Assembly (NCBI GenBank): GCA_964652615.1
Contig: CAZZAT010000003.1
Location: 1 to 57,302, forward strand
Source: an uncultured Candidatus Saccharibacteria bacterium
GTDB lineage: Bacteria > Patescibacteriota > Minisyncoccia > Phycocordibacterales > Phycocordibacteraceae
Direction: 5' to 3'
DNA: 57,302 nucleotides
Both the position numbers and the translations under genes were made by a program. Numbering within the stretch: the first letter of the stretch is position 1; the number at the start of each line of letters is the position of its first letter. Positions 48,573-57,302 of the stretch are shown piece after piece. The notes below the pieces were generated by a model, which searched no databases, was not told the origin of the DNA, and was given only the letters and a program-made list of their open reading frames with translations.

Positions 48573-50195
48573 ATGAACGAACTGTACTGCGACGGCACTC
48601 CTTATATACTCGGTCTCTTTGATCCAAGTTATGTGCCACAGCTCTTGTGGTACGCCTATGTTCCAATAACCGTTATCGCCCTTGTGTTTGGCGTATTTCT
48701 TCTTGCAAAAGACCGCTTCTCACTCCGCTCATGGCTCTTCTTCGGTATTGCGCTCTTATTCTCTCTGAATCTTGTGAACGAGACTCTGCAATGGGTCACG
48801 GTACCTGTAGCGGGGAATCTTTTTGCTTGGCACCTTACGGCGCTTCTTCAGACACTAATCTATGTAGCCACTTTCTACTTCGCTTATGTCTTTACGCGCA
48901 GAGCGCTTCCGAATACATGGATTAATCTTGGCGCCGCTCTTCTTGTCGCACCGGTACTCATATTGCTCCCAACCCACTACAACATCATTGGCTTCGATGT
49001 CTTAAACTGCGAAGGTTTAAACGGATATGGCTGGCTCTATTTCTATGGCCTTCAGGCACTAATAACAACAGGTGTCATCCTTCTTGCATTCAAGAAGGAA
49101 TCCTCGACTGAATCACTTGTGCAAAAACAACAGCGTATATCTATCGTCTTGAGCGCATTTATCTTCCTTGCGGTAATGTTGGCCGTTCACGTATTTGGCG
49201 ACCTACTTGGAGAGTATGTTATTTATCTGGCTGTTTCTCTTAGTATGGCCGCATTTATTGGTCTTGTAACGCACTCCATTGTTGCGTACCGCACCTTTAA
49301 CATTGGACTTATTGCTGCACAGGCACTCATCTTCGCTCTTATTGCTCTAATAGGATCTCAATTCTTTTTCGTTGAATCGAATGTCAATAGAATTCTAATC
49401 TCCGTTACTCTGGTGCTTACTGCCGGCATCGGTCTAGTGCTTATACGAAGTGTTAAAAAGGAAATCGAACAGCGTGTTCACATTGAAAAACTTGCTAAAG
49501 AACTTGAAGCTGCAAACGGCCGACAGGTAAGCCTTATTCACTTCATTACGCACCAAATTAAAGGCTTTGTTACCAAATCAAGAAATATCTTTGCGGGAAT
49601 GAAGGAAGGGGACTTTGGAGCACTCCCCGACACTGCAAAGCCAATGGTAGACGAAGGATTCTCCTCTGATACCAAGGGCCTCACTATGATTCAAGACATC
49701 TTGAATGCAGCAAACATCAAGAGCGGAAACGTGGAGTTCAAGATGGAGCCGTTTGATTTGAAAGCGCTTATTGAAGAAATTGTTGCTTCGTTAAAACCTG
49801 CTGCAGAGCAAAAAGGACTCGAGTTCACGGCGGAAGTAAGTGATATGACCATTACGGGCGATCGCGTACAGCTTGCAAACGTCTTCAAGAATGTGATTGA
49901 TAACGCCATTAAATACACGCCAAGCGGAAAGGTCTCTATTACGCTCCAGAAGAAGGATGGTAAGGCGGTATTTGTCGAGGAAGATACGGGCGTAGGTATT
50001 ACCAAAGAAGATATGGAGAAACTGTTTACGGAAGGCGGGCACGGCGTTGAATCGAAGAAGGTCAATGTAGAGTCGACCGGCTTTGGCCTCTATATCGCAA
50101 AGTCTATTGTCGAGAAACATAACGGCCATATCAAAGCTGAATCAGAGGGTGAAGGAAAAGGTTCGCGCTTTACTATCGAACTCCCCGAGAAGTAG
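48573..50195 (+). CDS. sensor histidine kinase with N-terminal 7TM-type domain
   Basis: About seven to eight TMs; H-box THQIK; NVIDNAIKYT, DTGVGI, TGFGLY, SEGEGKGSRF. Confidence 0.93.
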   Translation: MNELYCDGTPYILGLFDPSYVPQLLWYAYVPITVIALVFGVFLLAKDRFSLRSWLFFGIALLFSLNLVNETLQWVTVPVAGNLFAWHLTALLQTLIYVATFYFAYVFTRRALPNTWINLGAALLVAPVLILLPTHYNIIGFDVLNCEGLNGYGWLYFYGLQALITTGVILLAFKKESSTESLVQKQQRISIVLSAFIFLAVMLAVHVFGDLLGEYVIYLAVSLSMAAFIGLVTHSIVAYRTFNIGLIAAQALIFALIALIGSQFFFVESNVNRILISVTLVLTAGIGLVLIRSVKKEIEQRVHIEKLAKELEAANGRQVSLIHFITHQIKGFVTKSRNIFAGMKEGDFGALPDTAKPMVDEGFSSDTKGLTMIQDILNAANIKSGNVEFKMEPFDLKALIEEIVASLKPAAEQKGLEFTAEVSDMTITGDRVQLANVFKNVIDNAIKYTPSGKVSITLQKKDGKAVFVEEDTGVGITKEDMEKLFTEGGHGVESKKVNVESTGFGLYIAKSIVEKHNGHIKAESEGEGKGSRFTIELPEK

Positions 50196-50222
50196 CGCAC
50201 GTGTTAGGATGGCGATGAAGCC

Positions 50223-51788
50223 ATGAATAAAGGACAGAGACTCGATATTTCAAAACTAAGCAGGGAGGGTACTGCTTGGGCGGATGCTGCCGCAGATGTC
50301 ATCATTGCAGCACATCCGGACGCACCCCTCTATACGACTGCGGCTGGCATCAGTCCTTCAGGCGTCGTTCATTTTGGCAACTTTCGAGATATCGTCACGT
50401 CGCATCTGGTGCGAGAAGCACTAAAACGCAAAGGGAAGAATGCGCGCTTGATATTCTCTTGGGATAACTTCGACCGATACCGCAAAGTGCCTTCTGGTGT
50501 TCCTGAATCTTTTGCAGAACATATCGGAAAGCCCCTTTCAAAAATTCCTGACCCTTTTGGTGAGCTGTCTTCGTATGCCGAGCGCTTTCAAGCACCTTTT
50601 GTTGAAGCAATGGAGCGCCTTGGTATTGAAATAGAGTATAGAAACCAGACCGAACTGCATGAAAGCGGCGTGTATGACGAGGCATTGTTTGAAGCGATGC
50701 GTTCGCGAGGCGCCATTGCCGACATACTGCTCTCGTTTATGACCGACAAGGCAAAGGGAGAGAAGGGTATTGATCCGGTAAGCTACCGCGAACACTACTA
50801 TCCAATTGCTGTGTATTCACGCTTTACCGGAAAGGATGCAACGAAGATACTTTCGTATGACGGGGCATCAACCATTACGTATCTTTGTGCTGAAACAGGC
50901 AAAGAAGATACGGTAGACCTCTCACATGAGCATATTGCAAAGCTTGCCTGGAAGGCGGACTGGCCGATGCGCTGGCGCCATGAAGGCGTGCATTTTGAGC
51001 CGGGAGGACACGACCACGCTTCGCCAGGAGGCAGCTATGACGTCGCTTCCGTTATTGCAAAAGACATATTCGGCTTCGAAGCTCCTGTCTTCGTGGAATA
51101 TAAATTCGTTGGGATTCAGGGACTTGGAGCGAAGATGTCGGGCTCAAAAGGAAACGCCGTATCGCCCCTTGAACTCCTTGAAATATACGAGCCTGATGTA
51201 TTGAAATGGCTGTACTTTAGAAAGTCGCCCGACCAGTCATTCGAACTCGCCTTTAACACAGATATCTACCGTCAGTACGAAGAGTATGATGCGGAACACT
51301 CTGGCAGAAGTGCAATTCCATTTCGCCAAGCGGTCAGCTTTGGGCAAATCGTGCAGTGGGATACAGGGAAATTGAAACACATACTGGAGAGTCTCGGTCA
51401 CTCGTACGATGAAGAAAGTATTGCTACGCGCCTTCCACTCGCACAAAACTGGCTCGTAAAGTACAACCCCGAAGAAGTAATCGCTGTTCTTGATGCTCCC
51501 AACACCACATACAGAGCATCAATGAATGAGAAGCAAAAAGAGCAGATAACACGTCTTGTAGAAGAACTTGAGAGCAAGGCCGATGCTGGCATAAAAGAAC
51601 TGGAAGAACTTGTATATGCCATTCCCAAATCGCCAGAACTCTCTGAAGCTGACCTCAAGAAAGCGCAGCGCGCATTCTTCAAAGACGTCTATAACCTCCT
51701 TATCGGAAGAGATACGGGGCCGCGTCTTGGTACCTTTCTGTGGGTTATCGACCGAGAGAAAGCACTCAACCTTCTGCGCAGTTCATAG
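50223..51788 (+). CDS. lysS: lysine--tRNA ligase, class I
   Basis: AGISPSGVVHFGN, KLAWKADWPMRW, EPGGHDH, KMSGSKGN, GPRLGTF. Confidence 0.96.
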   Translation: MNKGQRLDISKLSREGTAWADAAADVIIAAHPDAPLYTTAAGISPSGVVHFGNFRDIVTSHLVREALKRKGKNARLIFSWDNFDRYRKVPSGVPESFAEHIGKPLSKIPDPFGELSSYAERFQAPFVEAMERLGIEIEYRNQTELHESGVYDEALFEAMRSRGAIADILLSFMTDKAKGEKGIDPVSYREHYYPIAVYSRFTGKDATKILSYDGASTITYLCAETGKEDTVDLSHEHIAKLAWKADWPMRWRHEGVHFEPGGHDHASPGGSYDVASVIAKDIFGFEAPVFVEYKFVGIQGLGAKMSGSKGNAVSPLELLEIYEPDVLKWLYFRKSPDQSFELAFNTDIYRQYEEYDAEHSGRSAIPFRQAVSFGQIVQWDTGKLKHILESLGHSYDEESIATRLPLAQNWLVKYNPEEVIAVLDAPNTTYRASMNEKQKEQITRLVEELESKADAGIKELEELVYAIPKSPELSEADLKKAQRAFFKDVYNLLIGRDTGPRLGTFLWVIDREKALNLLRSS

Positions 51789-51802
51789 GCTATACTCTCT
51801 AC

Positions 51803-52996
51803 ATGAATCTTGTTGAAGAGCTACAAGCACGCGGCCTCGTTGAACACGCTTCTGCGCCACTTGAGACCGTTCTCAAGGAAAAACGCTTCGTATACCTTGG
51901 CGTTGATCCAACCGCAGATTCGATGCAGGTTGGAAATCTTGCGCTGGTGCTTTTGTTAAAGCGCCTTTCAGATGCGGGCCATCGTGTGATGCTGCTGGTA
52001 GGCGGAGGCACGGGGATGATAGGGGATCCAAAAGAAAAGGGTGAGCGAGCGCTTGTAGACACCAAAACGGTTGAACGCAATGCGCGTGCCGTTAAGCGCC
52101 AAATGGAGCGCATTATCGGAACGAAAGTACCCGTCGTAAACAATGCGTCATGGCTTTCGAAAGTGCAGCTTCTTCCATTTCTTCGCGACATCGGCAAGCA
52201 CTTTACGGTAAACGAGCTCATAAAGCGGGACATCATACGCCGCAGGCTTGAAACTCCTGATGAAAGTATTTCGTACACCGAGTTCGCGTATGCCTTGCTT
52301 CAGGGCTACGACTTCCTCCATCTCTTTAAGACTAAGGGAGTGAATGCGCAGATAGGCGGGTCGGACCAGTGGACCAACATCCTTTCGGGTGTCGAACTCA
52401 TTCGCCGCAAAGAAGCTAAGGAAGCATACGCGCTGACCTGTCCTTTGGTAACTGATGCTTCTGGAAAGAAGTTTGGGAAGTCCGAAGGAAATGCGGTCTG
52501 GCTCGATGCGTCAAAGACGTCGCCCTATGAGTTTTACCAGTTTTGGATAAACCAACCTGACGCTTCAGCGGGAGAGTACTTGAAGAAATACACCTTCCTC
52601 TCCCTTCAAAAGATTGATGCGCTTCTTGCCGAACATGCAAAAAATCCAAGCGAACGACTTGCACAGAAAACACTTGCTGCTGAAGTAACAGAACTTGTGC
52701 ATGGCCGCCATGAAGCAACTGCAGCGGTAAACGCGAGCAATGCACTCTTCGGGAAGGGAGGAGACGTGTCAAAACTTCCTTCACATACCATTTCTCCTGA
52801 TGCCACGATTTTGTCTGCAGGTGCCCAAAGCTTGGGACTCTCTAAGTCTGAAATGCGCCGCCTTATCGATGCAAAAGGCATAAGGTTGAATGGGCAGACC
52901 ATAGAGACGGATAGGGCCTTTACCGACGCAGACTTTACTGACGGCACTGCCATCTTACAAAAGGGGAAGACCGAGAAGATAGTCATACGACGATAG
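51803..52996 (+). CDS. tyrS: tyrosine--tRNA ligase
   Basis: YLGVDPTADS, LQGYDF, QIGGSDQWTNI, KKFGKSEGNAVWL, C-terminal S4-like domain. Confidence 0.98.
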   Translation: MNLVEELQARGLVEHASAPLETVLKEKRFVYLGVDPTADSMQVGNLALVLLLKRLSDAGHRVMLLVGGGTGMIGDPKEKGERALVDTKTVERNARAVKRQMERIIGTKVPVVNNASWLSKVQLLPFLRDIGKHFTVNELIKRDIIRRRLETPDESISYTEFAYALLQGYDFLHLFKTKGVNAQIGGSDQWTNILSGVELIRRKEAKEAYALTCPLVTDASGKKFGKSEGNAVWLDASKTSPYEFYQFWINQPDASAGEYLKKYTFLSLQKIDALLAEHAKNPSERLAQKTLAAEVTELVHGRHEATAAVNASNALFGKGGDVSKLPSHTISPDATILSAGAQSLGLSKSEMRRLIDAKGIRLNGQTIETDRAFTDADFTDGTAILQKGKTEKIVIRR

Positions 52997-53050
52997 AACT
53001 TGTGTATGAGTAGAGGATAGCGAATCTCGCATACGCGGGATACTTACGGT

Positions 53051-53833
53051 ATGGCTAGACGTTGGACGACGGAGGAAGAAAACAGGTACCGGAAGGAACT
53101 TGTGGAGCTATACGTACAAAAGAACCTAAGCATAGGAGAAATTGGCAAGCGCCTACATCTTACCCAGGGCTCCGTATTCAAACGAATGCAGCGTCTTGGC
53201 ATACCTTCCACACCCTTAAGAAAACAGGGATACCTGAATACCCTTAAAGAAATCTCCTTGCCGAAAAAGAGAACCGAGAAGGTCGCGGAATTCTTCGGAA
53301 TAATGCTCGGAGATGGCCATGTGTCGCATTTCCAGACCTTTGTGACGCTAGGAAATAAGGAACTTCAATATGTTTCGTATGTCGCAAACCTGATGAGGGA
53401 ATTATTTAACACTCCCAGTAAGATCTTTGTCCGAAAAGACGGGTATCGAGACGTATATATCGGTTCTGTCGTTCTTACAAAGTGGCTTAGAGATGAAGGT
53501 CTGGTATCAAATAAAGTTGCATCGCAAGTAGACGCGCCTCTATGGGTGCACCAAAAGCCGGAATACATGCGCGGCTTTCTGCGTGGATTTTTTGATACCG
53601 ATGGCTCTTTATACCGGCTTCGTTTCGGAAAGCAGATTTCATTAACGAACCATTCGTTGCCACTCTTACATTCTTTACGGAAGATGCTCCTTGCATTAGA
53701 ATACAGACCGTCTGAGGTAAGTGCGTTTCGGGTATACCTTACTCGAAAAGGCGACATGGAACGCTTTTTCAGAGAGATATGTCCTGCCAATGCAAAGCAC
53801 CTCAGACGGTTCAGAGACTTGACGCGTCGGTAG
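53051..53833 (+). mobile_element. free-standing LAGLIDADG (DOD-type) homing endonuclease with N-terminal HTH
   Basis: AEFFGIMLGDGH and RGFLRGFFDTDGS motifs; N-terminal LSIGEIGKRLHLTQGSVFKRM HTH; stop codon lies inside tRNA-Tyr. Confidence 0.88.
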
Positions 53834-53906
53834 GTAAGTGGTCAAAACATCGTGGCTGTAAACCACGCGGCGTTAGCCTTCGGAGGTTCGAATCCTCCCC
53901 GGCGCA
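53824..53906 (+). tRNA. tRNA-Tyr (GTA), CCA not encoded
   Basis: Acceptor GCGTCGG/CCGGCGC+A73, anticodon arm CGTGG-CTGTAAA-CCACG, long variable arm, T-arm GGAGG-TTCGAAT-CCTCC. Confidence 0.93.
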
Positions 53907-53968
53907 CACGAAGAAAGACCGAAGCATCTGGCTTCGGTCTTTCTTATTTCTGTGCTATAACCGACGCT

Positions 53969-55810
53969 ATGAAGCGGGAAAAGGTGCTCTCATTACTCCT
54001 CATGATCGCGCTCTTTGGGGCGCCACTTTCTATTGTTGCCGAAGAGGGAATTCCTCTTGAAGAACCCGTAGTGGAAGAAGCTGAACAAGAAATGCTTGTT
54101 ATTGAAGAAGGTATCGGAGAGATTCTTGCCACCTCGACAGAAGCCGTCATTGATGAAGAACCTATTCAAATGGAAGCCGATGAGATAGAAGCTTCTTTTG
54201 TCGAAGAGGTCGAAGTCATAGACCCTAGCACCTATGTTGAAGGCGAGGTTATTGTGAAGTTTGAAGGCGAAGACGAAGCAATTCTCGTTCAAACGAACGA
54301 TGTGGAAGAACTCATCGAAGAACTGAGTGAAGATCCTGCTGTTGAGTATGCGGAGCCAAACTATATCCGCAGCATTAGCGTATTAAGTTCAACTACCGAC
54401 CCATACGCAGAAGAGCTTTGGGGTCTTGCAAAGATTCAGACAGATGAAGCGTGGGACTTTTCAATGGGTGAGGAAGTTATTGTTGCAGTGATCGACACCG
54501 GCATTGATTACACGCATCAAGAATTAGCGGGGAGGATGTGGGATGGGAACAATTGCGTAGGAGTTGATGCTTTGGGGAATCCCATAAACGGAGGATGCCA
54601 GCACGGTTTTGATTTCGTCGATAATGACTACGACCCTATTTCTGAAGATGGGTTCAAGTCATATCACGGAACCCATGTCGCAGGGACCATCGCTGCGAAT
54701 TTTAATAATCAAATCGGAGTCGTTGGCGTGGCGCCTAAAGTCAAGATTATGGCGCTGCGTATAATGGACAACAACGGTACTGGAAGTGTGGTACAGGGGA
54801 TAGCGGCCATTAAGTTTGCAACTGCGAACGGCGCAAAGATAATAAACGCAAGCTATTCCGGCTCCGGAGAGCACGCAGGCGAAAAAGAAGCTATCGAAAA
54901 CTTCCAGAATGCCGGAGGCCTTCTAATCGCCGCCGCTTCAAACAACGGAACTGACGGAGATATAACTCCTGCCTATCCGGCAAACTATACTCTTTCAGGA
55001 ATCATCAGCGTCGCTGCAACTGATCAAAACGATTTACTTGCTCCTTTTTCTAATTATGGCAAAAACTCTGTTGACCTCGGAGCGCCCGGCGTTGCCATTC
55101 AAAGCATCGAGCCAAATAACCCTTTTGGCGTACGTACACTTGAAGGCACTTCAATGGCAGCACCGCACGTGACAGGTGCCGTAGCGCTCATTAAAGCGTT
55201 TCGTCCTGCACTTGGTGCAAGTGATGTAAAAAGTCTCATTCTAAACGAGGGCGATACAGTAGCGGCTCTTTCAGGAAAGACCGTATCGGGAAAGCGTCTA
55301 AACGCATATGAGACGCTTCTTGCTGCAGAAGCACTCACAGCAGATACTACGCCCCCTGTCATTACCATTATTGGCGATAATCCTCTCGAGCTTATCGTAG
55401 GAGAGACTTTTACTGACGCAGGCGCAACTGCTGAAGATGAAACTGATGGCGACCGTACTGCACACATCACAACTGAAGGGACTGTTGATACGGCAATCGC
55501 AGGCAGCTACCCGATTACATACCGCGTAAGCGATCTTTCGGGAAATGCAGCAAGCGCAACGCGTACCGTTATTGTTTCCAATCCTCCGGCTCCTGAAGAA
55601 CCTACGCCTGAACCAAAACCAAAGAAACGCCGCAGCGGTGGCGGGGGAGGAGGTGGAAGTAAAAGCGATAATCCAGAGCGCACACCACAAGTGCTTGGAA
55701 ACAGTACGGCACTAACCCCAGAAGTACAGGCGCAAATAGCGTACTTGACTGCGCTTGTGCAGAAGCTTCTCGCGCTCATTGCTGCAATGAAAGCAGCAGG
55801 AATGACCTAA
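53969..55810 (+). CDS. secreted S8 (subtilisin-like) serine peptidase with Ig-like (DUF5011-type) domain
   Basis: Signal peptide; VIDTGID, HGTHVAG, GTSMAAPHV triad; DTTPPVITIIGDNP...DAGATAED Ig-like repeat. Confidence 0.95.
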   Translation: MKREKVLSLLLMIALFGAPLSIVAEEGIPLEEPVVEEAEQEMLVIEEGIGEILATSTEAVIDEEPIQMEADEIEASFVEEVEVIDPSTYVEGEVIVKFEGEDEAILVQTNDVEELIEELSEDPAVEYAEPNYIRSISVLSSTTDPYAEELWGLAKIQTDEAWDFSMGEEVIVAVIDTGIDYTHQELAGRMWDGNNCVGVDALGNPINGGCQHGFDFVDNDYDPISEDGFKSYHGTHVAGTIAANFNNQIGVVGVAPKVKIMALRIMDNNGTGSVVQGIAAIKFATANGAKIINASYSGSGEHAGEKEAIENFQNAGGLLIAAASNNGTDGDITPAYPANYTLSGIISVAATDQNDLLAPFSNYGKNSVDLGAPGVAIQSIEPNNPFGVRTLEGTSMAAPHVTGAVALIKAFRPALGASDVKSLILNEGDTVAALSGKTVSGKRLNAYETLLAAEALTADTTPPVITIIGDNPLELIVGETFTDAGATAEDETDGDRTAHITTEGTVDTAIAGSYPITYRVSDLSGNAASATRTVIVSNPPAPEEPTPEPKPKKRRSGGGGGGGSKSDNPERTPQVLGNSTALTPEVQAQIAYLTALVQKLLALIAAMKAAGMT

Positions 55811-55812
55811 AC

Positions 55813-55852
55813 AAAAACCGCCGCGCTTGTGGGCGCGGCGATCGTTTGTTTT
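55813..55852. terminator. bidirectional terminator
   Basis: AAAAA-CCGCCGCGC-ttgtgg-GCGCGGCG...TTTGTTTTT. Confidence 0.65.
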
Positions 55853-56025
55853 TACGTGACCACCTCGAAGCCGGTGACGCCGGCGCCAGAAGCGGCTGCA
55901 GTGATGTCGACTTGCGGACGATCCCGACGCTTGTAAGAATCGGGATTGTACGCCGGACGAGGAGCTTTGGGGGGAGCGGTTTTTTCACGCACGAAGCGCG
56001 CCAAACCGAGAATTGATTCGAGCAT
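55852..56025 (-). CDS. small hypothetical protein (57 aa)
   Basis: Manual translation MLESILGLARFVREKTAPPKAPRPAYNPDSYKRRDRPQVDITAAASGAGVTGFEVVT; SD GGGAGA; ends at the terminator. Confidence 0.5.
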   Translation of the reverse strand: MLESILGLARFVREKTAPPKAPRPAYNPDSYKRRDRPQVDITAAASGAGVTGFEVVT

Positions 56026-56130
56026 GTGTTTCTCCCTAGCAGTCTGTTAGAGGTTATACCACACCCCGTGCATATGCACAACCTTTGTACCTTTGAAAGG
56101 GTGTGAGTAGCGGTTAGTATTGAAAGACGC

Positions 56131-57302
56131 ATGTTCCATAGGAGACGCTTTTCTTCGCATCATAAAAAACCGCACCACGGCGGTACGCACGCATCACTCT
56201 TTCTCGTGTGCGCAATGATGCTGTTTTGGACCCTTTCAGAAGGCATCGTTTCGTTCATTGTGCCGCTCAAAATAGAGGAGACCGGACTCTCCGACACGAT
56301 GATGGGTATCATTCTCGGCACGTCCTCAATTGCAGGCGCTGTCTTTGATCTTGTTGCTGTGCGGCTGTTTAAAGATACGTACTACAAGCGGATATTCGGC
56401 GCGATGTTTGCGCTCTGCCTTATTTTCCCGCTCATCTTGATGCAGGCAACAACGCCGCTTCTCTTTGTGCTCGCTATGGTCGTCTGGGGTGTCTACTATG
56501 ATCTTCGCAATATCGGCAGCTTCGACTACATAGCGCGCACCACCGACCATCGGGGCAACACCAAGAGCTTCGGTATTATCCAAGTCTTTTCATCCATAGG
56601 ATGGGTCTTAGGTCCCATTATCGTCGGCTTTCTCGTTGGCGAACAGGTAGGATGGGAGTCCTTCGCTGCCATATACGTCTTTCTCGCGCTCGCGCTCTTC
56701 TTCTTCCTTATACTCGTGTTCTCAACGAAAAAGCGCGTCTTGCACGAGCACAAAGGAGAAGAGAAAGAATGCCGCCGCGGCACATGGTCTGAAATACGCA
56801 TGATGGGAGATGTAGGGCGCGTTCTCTTCCCAGCGCTTCTGGTTATTTTCTGTCTGAACTTTATCGATGCATTCTTCTGGTCGATAGGGCCGCTGTTTGC
56901 CGAAGAGATAGGGCTTGGCGGGTTTGCAGGCTTCTTTATGACTGCTTGGTCGCTTCCAGCGCTTTTGCTTGGATGGTGGGCTGGAGAGTTTGCCGCAGAA
57001 CATGGCAAGGAACGGACCGCCTACTATTCGCTTCTTATCGGCTCGCTCTTCCTTATCCCGCTCTTCTTTGCAGCTTCCGGCATTGCCGTCATTGCGGTTG
57101 TGTTTGTGGCAGCCTCATTCATTTCGGTAAGCTGGCCTGCCATACAGGGAGCGTTTGCCGACTACATCAATCAGCGTGAAGATCTCGAGAAAGAAATAGA
57201 AGGACTTGAAGATCTCTATACGAACCTCGGGTATGTCTTCGGGCCAATTTCTGCCGGCATGCTTGCGGATGCTTTTGGATATCACACGGCGTTTGGCGTG
57301 CT
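56131..57302 (+). CDS. MFS transporter (runs off the window end)
   Basis: Open from ATG56131 with no stop noticed (so absent from the ORF track); repeated TMs, FGIIQVFSSIGWVLGPIIVGFL and NLGYVFGPISAGML motifs. Confidence 0.85.
   Translation, partial: MFHRRRFSSHHKKPHHGGTHASLFLVCAMMLFWTLSEGIVSFIVPLKIEETGLSDTMMGIILGTSSIAGAVFDLVAVRLFKDTYYKRIFGAMFALCLIFPLILMQATTPLLFVLAMVVWGVYYDLRNIGSFDYIARTTDHRGNTKSFGIIQVFSSIGWVLGPIIVGFLVGEQVGWESFAAIYVFLALALFFFLILVFSTKKRVLHEHKGEEKECRRGTWSEIRMMGDVGRVLFPALLVIFCLNFIDAFFWSIGPLFAEEIGLGGFAGFFMTAWSLPALLLGWWAGEFAAEHGKERTAYYSLLIGSLFLIPLFFAASGIAVIAVVFVAASFISVSWPAIQGAFADYINQREDLEKEIEGLEDLYTNLGYVFGPISAGMLADAFGYHTAFGV

Noticed and set aside
53051-53906. Group I intron in tRNA-Tyr encoding the endonuclease
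   Set aside because: The tRNA is complete and contiguous downstream. No 5' exon fragment or intron core was recognisable in 52997-53050.
53907-55810. Genomic island integrated at the tRNA-Tyr 3' end
   Set aside because: No integrase and no duplicated tRNA 3' fragment detected within the window.

Overview
A 57.3 kb core-genome window from a small-genome bacterium. The gene content and architecture point to Patescibacteria/CPR, most likely Parcubacteria (inference, no database search run). TGA is used as a stop, so genetic code 11. Core loci: a complete F1Fo ATP synthase operon; the infA-rpmJ-rpsM-rpsK-rpsD-rpoA-rplQ-rplM-rpsI cluster; grpE-dnaK-dnaJ; four aminoacyl-tRNA synthetases (leuS, alaS, class I lysS, tyrS); and lexA, ychF, mnmA, mltG, ung, an O6-alkylguanine transferase and tRNA-Tyr(GTA). 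Many small accessory genes with their own promoter, Shine-Dalgarno and terminator lie between and inside these operons. The most interesting items are: (1) a tightly coupled cluster of EamA exporter, unknown enzyme, Cys-rich exported protein, PRMT-like methyltransferase and orphan 7TM histidine kinase (45.5-50.2 kb), which looks like an undescribed signal synthesis/export/sensing circuit; (2) a free-standing LAGLIDADG endonuclease between tyrS and tRNA-Tyr whose stop codon lies inside the tRNA; (3) a NUDIX domain inserted in the LeuRS editing domain with a stand-alone paralog directly upstream; (4) a candidate LexA operator that recurs in front of the endonuclease; (5) an unannotated structured RNA before ychF; (6) a tandem pair of NYN ribonuclease-like genes. 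No CRISPR array, rRNA, transposase or prophage was seen. All product calls come from motif recognition by eye.
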